From Nostoc sp. PCC 7120 = FACHB-418 (GTDB lineage: Bacteria > Cyanobacteriota > Cyanobacteriia > Cyanobacteriales > Nostocaceae): DNA of 32,000 bases. The DNA lies in the NCBI RefSeq assembly GCF_000009705.1, contig NC_003240.1, positions 60,001-92,000 of the forward strand, given 5' to 3'. Of this stretch, positions 1 through 8,367 are shown piece by piece; the first letter of the stretch is position 1; each line of letters begins with the position of its first letter. Position numbers and translations under genes: made by a program. The notes beneath the pieces are model-generated. The model ran no database searches. It saw nothing but the letters and a program-made list of their open reading frames with translations, and had not been told where the DNA came from.

Positions 1-1
1 T

Positions 2-151
2 GCAGTTATCCGTCACTCAGAACGATTAGCTACTGAATGGGAGGTAAAAGCTTGGAATGTTCCAACCTCCCTAATTCTTGAATGCGCCGTCAAAGATTTA
101 AAGGAATCAAGCAATGCAACTATCTCTACTAAATCTACCCTACAACGATGA
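2..151 (+). CDS. 3' end of an upstream ORF (partial, unknown function)
   Basis: Frame 2 is open from the window edge (AVIRHSERLATEWEVKAWNV...STLQR) to the TGA at 149-151. It overlaps the ATG at 114 by 38 nt. No recognisable motif. Confidence 0.3.
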   Translation, partial: AVIRHSERLATEWEVKAWNVPTSLILECAVKDLKESSNATISTKSTLQR

Positions 152-1169
152 TAATTCACCCATAGCAGATATTTTTAATATTCCTAACTTAGAAAAAGCA
201 GAATTCCTCCGTAATTTAGCTGCTTCCATGCAGCCAACAATCGACCAAAAGAAAAATCCTGCAATTGGAAATCAAAGGGTAACAAAGCGTCGTAAAACTA
301 TAGTCCAAGGGATAATTCAAGAAGGAATTGAACTTGAGATTATCCAGTCTTGGTTATTTGCGATCGCACAAATGTGGGAAACAGGAAATATCCCATTAAT
401 ACTACGCGGTATATCTCACAAATCGCAAGTAGAAGCCCTATTTAGGATTTCCCAAATGGGAGAAACAATTCAGAAAGTCCACGAAAAATTGGCAGGCGAA
501 TATTACCAAGACTGGGTAAAGTCTTTAAGTCGCGCCGGATTACATACACCAAGCGAAATCATATCCGCAATAACAGAAATTCAACAGGTAGTAAAACCTG
601 AAGCAATTGATACTACTAAGGAACTACTCAATAAGCTTGAGTTAGAAATCATTGACATGAAAGATGAAGATTTCTTCCCTACTCCTAAACTAGTCTGTCA
701 ACGGCTTATTCAACTGGCAGATATTAAACCAAATTGGCAAATTTTAGAGCCTAGTGCTGGTAGTGGAAATATTGCTGAGTATATCACTAATACCTACCCT
801 AATGTTCAACTAGAGGTGGTTGAGATTAATTACGATTTACGACAAATTCTAGAACTCAAAGGATTTAATCTCGTAGGGAAAAACTTTCTGGAGTTTAACC
901 CCAGTCATTTATACAATGCCTGTATCATGAATCCTCCATTTTGTGAACTTGTCCAACATATCTACCAGGCTTGGAAGTTACTCGTAACAGGTGGTGTATT
1001 AGTTTCAGTTATACCTGAATCAGTTTTCTTCAATCGTAAGTACAAAACCTTCAAAGGCTGGCTACAAGCCAATAATAGCTATGTAGAAATGGTAGATAAA
1101 GATGCCTTTTTGAGTTCAAATAACCCTACGAATGTAGCTACCAGAATCATTAAACTCATTAAACCATAG
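114..1169 (+). CDS. SAM-dependent N6-adenine DNA methyltransferase, with no cognate nuclease visible (orphan)
   Basis: The C-terminal half has motif I (ILEPSAGSGNIAEYI) followed by motif IV (CIMNPPF), the order typical of N6-adenine MTases. The N-terminal ~190 aa are unassigned. The start is uncertain because of the overlap with the upstream ORF. Confidence 0.7.
   Translation: MQLSLLNLPYNDDNSPIADIFNIPNLEKAEFLRNLAASMQPTIDQKKNPAIGNQRVTKRRKTIVQGIIQEGIELEIIQSWLFAIAQMWETGNIPLILRGISHKSQVEALFRISQMGETIQKVHEKLAGEYYQDWVKSLSRAGLHTPSEIISAITEIQQVVKPEAIDTTKELLNKLELEIIDMKDEDFFPTPKLVCQRLIQLADIKPNWQILEPSAGSGNIAEYITNTYPNVQLEVVEINYDLRQILELKGFNLVGKNFLEFNPSHLYNACIMNPPFCELVQHIYQAWKLLVTGGVLVSVIPESVFFNRKYKTFKGWLQANNSYVEMVDKDAFLSSNNPTNVATRIIKLIKP
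360..367. repeat. HIP1 octamer GCGATCGC (one example of many)
   Basis: Exact GCGATCGC here and at 4381, 5284, 7912, 8486, 10413, 10830, 11439, 17050, 17091, 17350 and elsewhere. High HIP1 density is a cyanobacterial genome signature. Confidence 0.8.
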
Positions 1170-1249
1170 TGTACTACAAGCGCATGGCATACTGCCAAAT
1201 TGATAAAACTAAATATGTCACGTATATTTTCCCTATATGGGGACAATAT

Positions 1250-1387
1250 ATGAGATACAAAATCCTTACACAGCAAGAGTTAGAAGTAGCACTCAATAAG
1301 TGCAAGCTTGCTGGTTGGAAGGTCAGTAATATCACCAAACTTAGTAATAAAATGCTTGAAATCAAACCCCAACGAACAAGGAGATAA
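1250..1387 (+). CDS. small hypothetical protein (46 aa from the internal ATG)
   Basis: The ATG at 1250 is preceded by GGGGA. The GTG start at 1169 in the ORF track is less convincing. No motif recognised. Confidence 0.3.
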   Translation: MRYKILTQQELEVALNKCKLAGWKVSNITKLSNKMLEIKPQRTRR

Positions 1388-1389
1388 AT

Positions 1390-1677
1390 ATGGCAATTGA
1401 AACTATTGCTTCTTATAGATTTATTCCTGGTAAAGACAGTCAAATAACCAGTTATGGATCTCCTGAAGAACAAACAGTCGCAATTCATAATTCAAGCATG
1501 GCATCTGTGTCACTGACTTTCACAACTGAAAACACATCTGTTCTTAGACAAATTATCATCAGTCTTCAGCAAATATACCAGACACTTATAAATACTAAAA
1601 CTGAAATTATTCAGGAAGATAATTGCATTGACAGCTTTACAAACTTAAGGGGAGAGTGTGATGAAAAGTTTATCTAA
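1390..1677 (+). CDS. hypothetical protein (95 aa)
   Basis: The ATG is preceded by AGGAGA, and a strong terminator follows the ORF. No motif recognised. Confidence 0.4.
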   Translation: MAIETIASYRFIPGKDSQITSYGSPEEQTVAIHNSSMASVSLTFTTENTSVLRQIIISLQQIYQTLINTKTEIIQEDNCIDSFTNLRGECDEKFI

Positions 1678-1702
1678 ATAACTAAGCATCAATCAATCTT
1701 TT

Positions 1703-1736
1703 AAGTCGTCTTAATAACAGACGACTTTTATTTTTT
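1703..1736 (+). terminator. rho-independent terminator
   Basis: A 9-bp stem (AAGTCGTCT 1703-1711 with AGACGACTT 1719-1727) is followed by TTATTTTTT. Confidence 0.6.
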
Positions 1737-1788
1737 ACAACGACTTTTTGCTTTACGCATTAAATATTGATTTCCATTAATTAAAATT

Positions 1789-2781
1789 ATGGCAAGGAAT
1801 CAAACAAAGCCTACTAATTCTGCTACTGAAGAAAGCACAGTATCCCAGTCTGAACCCCCTGAACAAACAGTTCAGAATAGTACAAACATACAAAAGCGTA
1901 AATTAGCTATTTCTAAATTTGCAAATCCTGAGTACAATGCGCCGATTAGTAACATCTGCATCTGCCAAGTCATTAACCACATGGAAGCAGAAAAAGTCGG
2001 GTTGTTTATCAAAGATAAATACTTAGCAGCAATTAACTGGCAAGGACAAGAACCTACACACAAGCACACTTTCTCTAGTGGCACGCCAGAAATGGGAGTG
2101 TTGTTGCAATCGCCCAGGATGCACATTCTTGATGTCTCTCCCAGATACATTGAACAGCGCGATGACGGCAAGATTGTAGGAGTGTACGAATCACCTGATG
2201 GGTACGAAATGTACCAAGCACTTGGCAAAGATGCCGCAGTATTGAGACGGTTTTATTTGTTGCAACTTGTTGATGAAAATAATCATAACCTGCACTCAGT
2301 ACCAATTGTCCTATCAATTAAAGGCGTTGCATCATCAAAATTTGGCGAGGCTTATAAACAGTTCCAACGCGAACTAGAGGTTGCATTCGCCCGATTTACT
2401 GATACGACTGTTGCTGAAAAACGTGCAGAGTTTCATCGTCTCGGTGTATTTCAACCCACCTTTACGCCATCTCTTGAACCTAAAGAAGCAGTCAACCAAA
2501 GAGATAAATCTTGGGTAGCAGTTGTCACTTCCTATAAATCACCGAACCCCGATGGCAGCGATTTTCTTGAATTCTTCTCAGAAGGCAAAGAAATCGATAT
2601 CCAAACAACAATGCAGGCAAATCCCGAATTCTCTCATCGCATCGGTAAAACATCAACTGTTATAGCAGAACATAATCGCCTGGTAGGTGCAGCTGATATG
2701 CCAGTAGCAGCACTTCCTCCTAGTACAGCAGGTCAAACTTATACAGCATACAGTACTGAGATGGAAGAACTGCCCTACTAA
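1789..2781 (+). CDS. hypothetical protein (330 aa) with an acidic-aromatic C-terminus (EMEELPY)
   Basis: Long ORF that is first in the + strand run ahead of dnaN. No family recognised. Confidence 0.6.
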   Translation: MARNQTKPTNSATEESTVSQSEPPEQTVQNSTNIQKRKLAISKFANPEYNAPISNICICQVINHMEAEKVGLFIKDKYLAAINWQGQEPTHKHTFSSGTPEMGVLLQSPRMHILDVSPRYIEQRDDGKIVGVYESPDGYEMYQALGKDAAVLRRFYLLQLVDENNHNLHSVPIVLSIKGVASSKFGEAYKQFQRELEVAFARFTDTTVAEKRAEFHRLGVFQPTFTPSLEPKEAVNQRDKSWVAVVTSYKSPNPDGSDFLEFFSEGKEIDIQTTMQANPEFSHRIGKTSTVIAEHNRLVGAADMPVAALPPSTAGQTYTAYSTEMEELPY

Positions 2782-2860
2782 AACAAGTATCTCATGTAAC
2801 CCAAAAGGGTGCTAGAAATAGCACCCGTTAAAACATCATCTACTAAAAGCAAAATAACAA

Positions 2861-4231
2861 ATGAAACTAAGCATTGAACAATCTAAACTCGCAGAAATTC
2901 TAGAAACCGCTTATTTCGCAATTAGTCCTAAGCCCACTGACCCAATTTTAGGAAATATCTTACTGATAGCAAATGAAGATGGGATAGTATCAGCAACAGG
3001 AACAAACCTTAACCTCACAATTCATACTACAACTACGGCTAATGTAGAAACTTCAGGTCAGGTAGCACTACCAGCCAAACTATTAACTGACACTATTAAC
3101 AATGTCAGAGGAGAAATTACCTTAGAGGTAGAAAACCAAGCCTGCATAATTACTCACAATAGCGGTAAATGCCGTCTGATTGGCGGAAAACCTGACGAGT
3201 TTCCAACTCTTCCCAAAGGAGAAAATCCAATAGAAGTAAATTTAAGTGCCAAGAAACTCCAAGCCGCACTTGAAGGGACACTATATTGCACCAATGGTGA
3301 CGAAACAAAGTTAGTTCTAACTGGTGTCAACTTCAAAATTGATACTAATAAGTGGCAAGCTGCTAGTACAAATGGTCACAAATTAGCACTAGTCACAGGA
3401 ACACTTGATAGCGAATATTCTGACCCAATTGACTTTACTGTTCCAGGTAAGTCACTTAGTGAGTTAAGCAAAATTCTCTCTCAAAGTGCTGATACAAGCG
3501 TGTGCAATATTCTTCTATCAAATAAAACTATTGAGTTTAGTCTTCCTCACACAAAAGTCATTTCCCGACTTTTAGAGGGAGAATACCCCAAAATCAATAG
3601 CTTGATTCCCAGAACATTTGAGTATGAATTTACATTAGAACGCAAGGGATTTGAGAGCGCACTGAAGCGGGTAAGTTATCTAGCCGAACGCAAGCAAAAG
3701 GTTGTCAAAATTCTCTGGGAATTGGAAGCTACACAGGCAACACTATACACCGAAGCTACTGATATCGGGGATGCAGTTGACTCGGTACTGATGAAACCAG
3801 CAACTAATCATTCAGAAAACATCAGTATTGGATTAAATATCGACTACCTTCTCGAAGGATTAAAGCACATTAGTACTGATGAAATCGTGGTGCGGTGTAA
3901 CAAACCCACGCAACCAGTCATTATCTGCCCAATGGGAGGACTGCTCAATCAGTTGTATCTAGTAATGCCTGTAGAAATTAAGCAGGGGTTTGAAAATAAA
4001 TCCACCCCAAGCAAAACGACAACAGCAGAGAAAACTCCTGAAGCATTGGAAACAACAGAAACTACTGTAGTAGCCGAACTAGAAGAAGCCATAAATAATA
4101 CTCAGACTTCTCAAACGGAAAGCAATGGTGAAACCTCTGAAGTAGAGACATCAACAGCTGAGGCCAAAGCTAGTAACAAAAGTAAGCCTAGTTCGCGTAC
4201 ACGAGCCAAGAAAGAGGCTGCTTCTGTATAA
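2861..4231 (+). CDS. dnaN: DNA polymerase III beta subunit (sliding clamp) with a ~82-aa low-complexity C-terminal extension
   Basis: The N-terminus MKLSIEQSKLAEILETAYFAISPKPTDPILGNILL and the canonical C-terminal ...LYLVMPVEI are typical of DnaN. The extra T/E/S-rich tail lies at 3983-4228. Confidence 0.9.
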   Translation: MKLSIEQSKLAEILETAYFAISPKPTDPILGNILLIANEDGIVSATGTNLNLTIHTTTTANVETSGQVALPAKLLTDTINNVRGEITLEVENQACIITHNSGKCRLIGGKPDEFPTLPKGENPIEVNLSAKKLQAALEGTLYCTNGDETKLVLTGVNFKIDTNKWQAASTNGHKLALVTGTLDSEYSDPIDFTVPGKSLSELSKILSQSADTSVCNILLSNKTIEFSLPHTKVISRLLEGEYPKINSLIPRTFEYEFTLERKGFESALKRVSYLAERKQKVVKILWELEATQATLYTEATDIGDAVDSVLMKPATNHSENISIGLNIDYLLEGLKHISTDEIVVRCNKPTQPVIICPMGGLLNQLYLVMPVEIKQGFENKSTPSKTTTAEKTPEALETTETTVVAELEEAINNTQTSQTESNGETSEVETSTAEAKASNKSKPSSRTRAKKEAASV

Positions 4232-4240
4232 AAGCAAACT

Positions 4241-4264
4241 CTCCTACCAGATAACTGGTAGGAG
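4241..4264 (+). other. perfect 10-bp hairpin between dnaN and dnaX (attenuator or RNA-processing candidate)
   Basis: CTCCTACCAG-ATAA-CTGGTAGGAG. There is no strong T-run after it. Confidence 0.35.
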
Positions 4265-4293
4265 GAATTTCAAATAAATCATTGGAAAGAACT

Positions 4294-5583
4294 ATGTACC
4301 GACCACTACATCTCAAATACCGTCCCCAGATTCTTAGTGAAGTTATTGGGCAAGAACATATCGTTCGCACTCTCATAAATGCGATCGCATTCCAAAAGAT
4401 TGCACCTGCTTACCTATTTAGTGGCCCCAAAGGTACAGGTAAAACCAGTACCGCCCGCATCATCGCTAAATCTCTTAACTGTCAATCAAGCAATGAGCCG
4501 ACAACTAAGCCCTGTGGAGAATGCAATTCATGCAAGGGAATTACGGCATCTTCTTCTGTTGATGTAACCGAACTGGATGCAGCAAGCAATAGTGGGGTAG
4601 AACTGATCCGAGAGCTTATATCCACTACCCAATTTGCACCAGTGGAGAGTAGATTCAAAATATTCATTATTGATGAATGTCATGCCCTAAGTAGCCAATC
4701 GTGGCAAGCACTCCTCAAAACCATTGAAAGCCCTCCCCGTCATGTAGTATTTATCTTCTGCACAACCGAGTTACACAAAGTTCCAGAAACGATTGTCTCC
4801 CGTTGCCAAAAGTTTGACTTTAAGAGAGTTCCTGTCTCGCTAGTTGCAAGCTACCTAGAAAAAATATCTCACCAGGAAAGTATCAACATTGCGCCATCAG
4901 CAGTTACCGCCGTAGCTAAAGCAAACAAGGGACATCTGCGCGACTCACTCAAACTGTTAGATCAGCTAACCTTACTAGGTGAAGAGGAAATTACCTATAA
5001 CTGGGTTTGGGAACTATCAGGCACTATTCCCGAATACGATCTACTCACCGTCTGTGAAAATATCATCAAAGGAGAAATTACGGGGAATTTAGGCATCCTT
5101 CAAGATTGGATTGAATCTGGTAAACAGCCAACTGCTATCCATACAAGTCTTGTCAACTTCCTCAAAGACTTACTTGTGTGCAAAACTAATCCCAATGGCA
5201 GACATCTTACACAGCTAGAACAGGACACCTGGGAGGAATTAGTAAGTATCTCGCAGTTGTGGAATATCGACCAGATCCGAAACGCGATCGCAATCTTAAT
5301 GGCACGCCAAAGTCTCATGCGGGATGAAGACGCGCACCTTTGGTTGGAAGCTACACTTATCGAGATAGTGCCAACCAACAAGGGTAGTCACCAATCACAA
5401 CCCTGGAAAGATTGGAAAACTGCTCAAGATGCAATTAACTGGGGCAAGGAACAGTTACCCCACTTAACACAAGCGCAGTTACAAGAACACTGGCAAAAGC
5501 TGACACCTATTAATGGTAAAAAGGCACCTGCTTGGGTAGAAGCTGTCCAAAAGCTGCAACAAAAACAATTACAGCAAGCTTAA
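4294..5583 (+). CDS. dnaX: DNA polymerase III gamma-type clamp-loader subunit (short DnaX, no tau C-terminal domains)
   Basis: MYRPLHLKYRPQILSEVIGQEHIV, Walker A GPKGTGKTS, zinc module CGECNSCKG, Walker B FIIDECH, and SRC (VSRCQKF). I prefer the ATG at 4294 to the TTG at 4282. Confidence 0.9.
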   Translation: MYRPLHLKYRPQILSEVIGQEHIVRTLINAIAFQKIAPAYLFSGPKGTGKTSTARIIAKSLNCQSSNEPTTKPCGECNSCKGITASSSVDVTELDAASNSGVELIRELISTTQFAPVESRFKIFIIDECHALSSQSWQALLKTIESPPRHVVFIFCTTELHKVPETIVSRCQKFDFKRVPVSLVASYLEKISHQESINIAPSAVTAVAKANKGHLRDSLKLLDQLTLLGEEEITYNWVWELSGTIPEYDLLTVCENIIKGEITGNLGILQDWIESGKQPTAIHTSLVNFLKDLLVCKTNPNGRHLTQLEQDTWEELVSISQLWNIDQIRNAIAILMARQSLMRDEDAHLWLEATLIEIVPTNKGSHQSQPWKDWKTAQDAINWGKEQLPHLTQAQLQEHWQKLTPINGKKAPAWVEAVQKLQQKQLQQA

Positions 5584-5590
5584 CTTTAAC

Positions 5591-5634
5591 GAGGGTTATA
5601 ACTATAGTTATAATCCTCAATTTATAGTTTTTTA
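5591..5634. terminator. near-palindromic hairpin plus T-run between convergent dnaX and the kinase-like gene
   Basis: GAGGGTTATAACTA/TAGTTATAATCCTC (one G-U pair), followed by TTTATAGTTTTTT. Confidence 0.45.
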
Positions 5635-5692
5635 GTAACAATTAAAATGCTAAAACTACTAAAGGGCTTAATATTTATTAAAATACTCTCAT

Positions 5693-6319
5693 TTAGGCAA
5701 CCTGCATCAATTCCATACATTTCTTTGAAAGTTCGTCTGCCACTGACACAGATTCTACATCAATACATATAAATCCGAGATGTTCAACCTTCTCCCTCAT
5801 GCGTTTATTATATAATAAGGTACGGTCTAAAAACTTTTGAATTAGGTACTTTTTATCCTCACTTACATTATAAAAATTACTTTCACTAAAGATTCGGTAA
5901 GAGAAGAGTTGGTCACTAGCCGTAAGCCAAATCGCTTTAACACCATTTTCGCTAACTAAATTCGCTACAAATTCAGGCCATAATGCAGAGCCTTCAAGGA
6001 TAAGGCATTCCGTTGATAAATCAGACGCATGAGAATGAACGATAATCTCGACTTGCGGTAACACATTTTTCTCATAATGCGACAATACATCTACAAAAAG
6101 AGCGTCAACAGACAAAGTTCCATAATGTTCTGCTACGTGTTCTGGAATAGCATTTCTATTTGCACCCACCCAAGGATGTCCAGGATGCCGAGCGAGTTTG
6201 TCTGTAGAACGATAACTCCAACCAAGCCTCGCCGCCAAAGATTGGCCAAGGGTGGATTTGCCTACATGAGAGGAGCCACCAATTAAAATCACTCGTGTTT
6301 CATTGCTTAATTCATTCAT
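5693..6319 (-). CDS. P-loop NTPase / small-molecule kinase-like protein
   Basis: Walker A motif LIGGSSHVGKST near the N-terminus. The size (208 aa) fits the kinase-like P-loop families. This is the only minus-strand gene between dnaX and polB. Confidence 0.6.
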   Translation of the reverse strand: MNELSNETRVILIGGSSHVGKSTLGQSLAARLGWSYRSTDKLARHPGHPWVGANRNAIPEHVAEHYGTLSVDALFVDVLSHYEKNVLPQVEIIVHSHASDLSTECLILEGSALWPEFVANLVSENGVKAIWLTASDQLFSYRIFSESNFYNVSEDKKYLIQKFLDRTLLYNKRMREKVEHLGFICIDVESVSVADELSKKCMELMQVA

Positions 6320-6461
6320 AAGTACTGATTAACCATATTTATTTCTGTATTTATTTAATCAAATAACCAAATAAATTAACATTTACTACCACAGCAGCAT
6401 ACGCAGTTAAGTTGATAGTTAAAAATTAATATCAACATGAAGTTAGGAAAATCTCTAATTA

Positions 6462-8279
6462 ATGAGTTATAACCACAGAGATTTTGTGAGAAAATCTAGA
6501 GGGATAATCGTTGTCGATGAAGACAAACTAAACATTTATTGGAAAGATCCCTCTTCAATAAAACCTTGGCAACCCAAAATACAACTCAAGCCATACCAGG
6601 AACTTTCACAAATATTTGTTGATATCGAAACAGCAGGAATCAACTCATTTGAAAGCCGTATTTATGCTATTGGTTGTATGGATTCAAGGGGATATTCTAC
6701 TATTTTCATGGATATCTCAGAAGCTAAAATACTAACCAAATTTATCAACCATCTCAGTAAAAGAAATCCAGATGTAATTTTCACATATAACGGGATGGCA
6801 TTTGATATTCCATTTATTATTACTCGATGCAACTTGCACGGTATAAAACACCCATTTAAAGTTGCATCCAAATCTCGGACTATTCGTACCGCCCAAGTAC
6901 GGGGCGAGCCACTAAAAATTCAGGAGGTGTTCATCCGAAATAGCCAACACGTAGACATTTATATCTGCGTTCTGAGGTGGGATTTCATAGCCAAAAAGCT
7001 AACTAACGGCAGATCGCTCAAAAAGGCTGTATTGGACATGGGACTGCGCCAGAACACCAGGCTAGTTCTTCCCTATGAGGAAATCCTCGCTTGTTGGAAA
7101 GATGGCCCCAATAGCAAGGGATGGAAACGGCTAAAAGAATATCTTATTTACGACCTTGAAGACACCCGGCTAATTGCAAATAGACTTGTACCCTCATACT
7201 ATTACGAAGCACTAATTGTACCGGAAATGAATCTCCAGCAGCTAACACTTGCTGGTAATGGTACTAAATGGGAACGAATATTTGAGCATCATTATCCAGG
7301 TTATAAACCAAAACCCCATCGCAAGTACAAATTCCAAGGAGGGATGGCTTACTCTATTCCTGGATTGTATAGAAGGGTTGGATATGCAGATATTAGCTCA
7401 ATGCATCCTTGGGCAATGCTAGACAAGGGTATTTGCTCAATTAAAGATACAGAACGTATTGGGCTAAGTATTCTGCAATATTTGGTAAATGAAAAATTTA
7501 GGTTGGAACAACTTGCATCTGCTGGAGATGTTGCTGCTAAGGAAAAAAGAGAATCAGTCAAGGTTTTAGCTAACTCCGAATTTGGATTCTTAGGCACCTC
7601 TGAACTCGCCTTCAATGATATGGAGGCTGCTGCATTAGTTACAGCCTACAGTCGAAAAGTACTCAAGCTAATGATTGAAATTATCACGCGGTACGGCGGT
7701 ACTCCTGTGGAAGTTGACACAGATGGAGTGTTCTTCACACATCCCAACCCAGAAGAGGTACGTAGTTTACTTCAATCTCAATTGCCCAAAGGGATAACTG
7801 TCAAGCTAGAGTTTATCGCTGACGCTATGTTTATCCCCGAACGGGGAACCAAAAATTACCTTTTATGGCTTCCAGACGGGAAAATCATCACTAAAGGCAA
7901 CTGGCGCAACCGCGATCGCTCTCAACTAGAGAAAGAGTTTTCTATTGAGTATTTAACCCTGCTAATTCAAAATGTATCAGCAGCAGAAGATTATTATGCA
8001 CACATCAAATCCCAGATTTTATCAAGGGAATATCCAAAAGAAAAACTTGCAATTACACGCAAGATTAAAGAGGGCGAAAAAGAAATACTCAAACTAGGGA
8101 AACCTGGAGATGTAGTAACTTACTATTACGGAATTAGCGGCATAACCAATATCAGCAGTAATGAGAATTACTCACGTCAATACTATCTTCACCTTATTGA
8201 AAAAAGGCGAGAAGAAATTCTCAAAATAGCTGCTCCTACAACACTAGAAAGTAACAAACGTCAATTATCTCTTTTCTAA
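6462..8279 (+). CDS. polB: compact family-B DNA polymerase with 3'-5' exonuclease motifs and a C-terminal QLSLF clamp-binding motif
   Basis: ExoI FVDIETAG (aa ~54), ExoII YNGMAFDIPF, ExoIII YLIYDLED, pre-motif A FQGGMAYSIPGLY, motif A YADISSMHPW, motif B KVLANSEFG, motif C VEVDTDG, KxY TKNY. The last five residues are QLSLF. Confidence 0.85.
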   Translation: MSYNHRDFVRKSRGIIVVDEDKLNIYWKDPSSIKPWQPKIQLKPYQELSQIFVDIETAGINSFESRIYAIGCMDSRGYSTIFMDISEAKILTKFINHLSKRNPDVIFTYNGMAFDIPFIITRCNLHGIKHPFKVASKSRTIRTAQVRGEPLKIQEVFIRNSQHVDIYICVLRWDFIAKKLTNGRSLKKAVLDMGLRQNTRLVLPYEEILACWKDGPNSKGWKRLKEYLIYDLEDTRLIANRLVPSYYYEALIVPEMNLQQLTLAGNGTKWERIFEHHYPGYKPKPHRKYKFQGGMAYSIPGLYRRVGYADISSMHPWAMLDKGICSIKDTERIGLSILQYLVNEKFRLEQLASAGDVAAKEKRESVKVLANSEFGFLGTSELAFNDMEAAALVTAYSRKVLKLMIEIITRYGGTPVEVDTDGVFFTHPNPEEVRSLLQSQLPKGITVKLEFIADAMFIPERGTKNYLLWLPDGKIITKGNWRNRDRSQLEKEFSIEYLTLLIQNVSAAEDYYAHIKSQILSREYPKEKLAITRKIKEGEKEILKLGKPGDVVTYYYGISGITNISSNENYSRQYYLHLIEKRREEILKIAAPTTLESNKRQLSLF

Positions 8280-8367
8280 ATGAACAAAGTTGAGATTTTA
8301 GGTAAATTTTGAAGGCACTAAATATAAAGGTTTTTCAAATTCATACATTCTGATTTGTCTGTAACTA

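Noticed and set aside
4282-4293. TTG start for dnaX proposed by the ORF track, and likewise the TTG at 10221 for holB, the TTG at 12581 for the lipoprotein and the GTG at 1169.
   Set aside because: In-frame ATGs a few codons downstream give canonical N-termini (MYRPLHLKYRP for DnaX; ATGA coupling for holB; MKIYLF... signal peptide).
1079-5381. Short ORFs nested in or antisense to the methyltransferase, the 330-aa ORF, dnaN and dnaX (1079-1276, 1174-1488, 1872-2228, 2075-2317, 3154-3336, 4188-4376, 4379-4567, 4482-4667, 5100-5381).
   Set aside because: They lie fully inside or opposite well-supported genes. They have Cys/Ser/Leu-rich low-complexity translations, no ribosome-binding sites and no recognisable motifs. 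They are typical shadow ORFs.
5505-5530. Possible dnaX programmed frameshift site at GGT AAA AAG.
   Set aside because: This is not the A AAA AAG heptamer. It lies only ~20 codons from the natural stop and has no downstream hairpin, so no tau/gamma switch is plausible.
6462-8279. The idea that the PolB is a protein-primed (phi29/adenovirus-type), pipolin or casposon polymerase.
   Set aside because: The motif A-B and B-C spacings look too short to contain TPR1/TPR2-type insertions. No terminal-protein candidate, Cas1, integrase or terminal inverted repeats are visible in the window. The C-terminal clamp motif and the adjacent clamp loader argue for primer- and clamp-dependent synthesis. A phylogeny is still needed.
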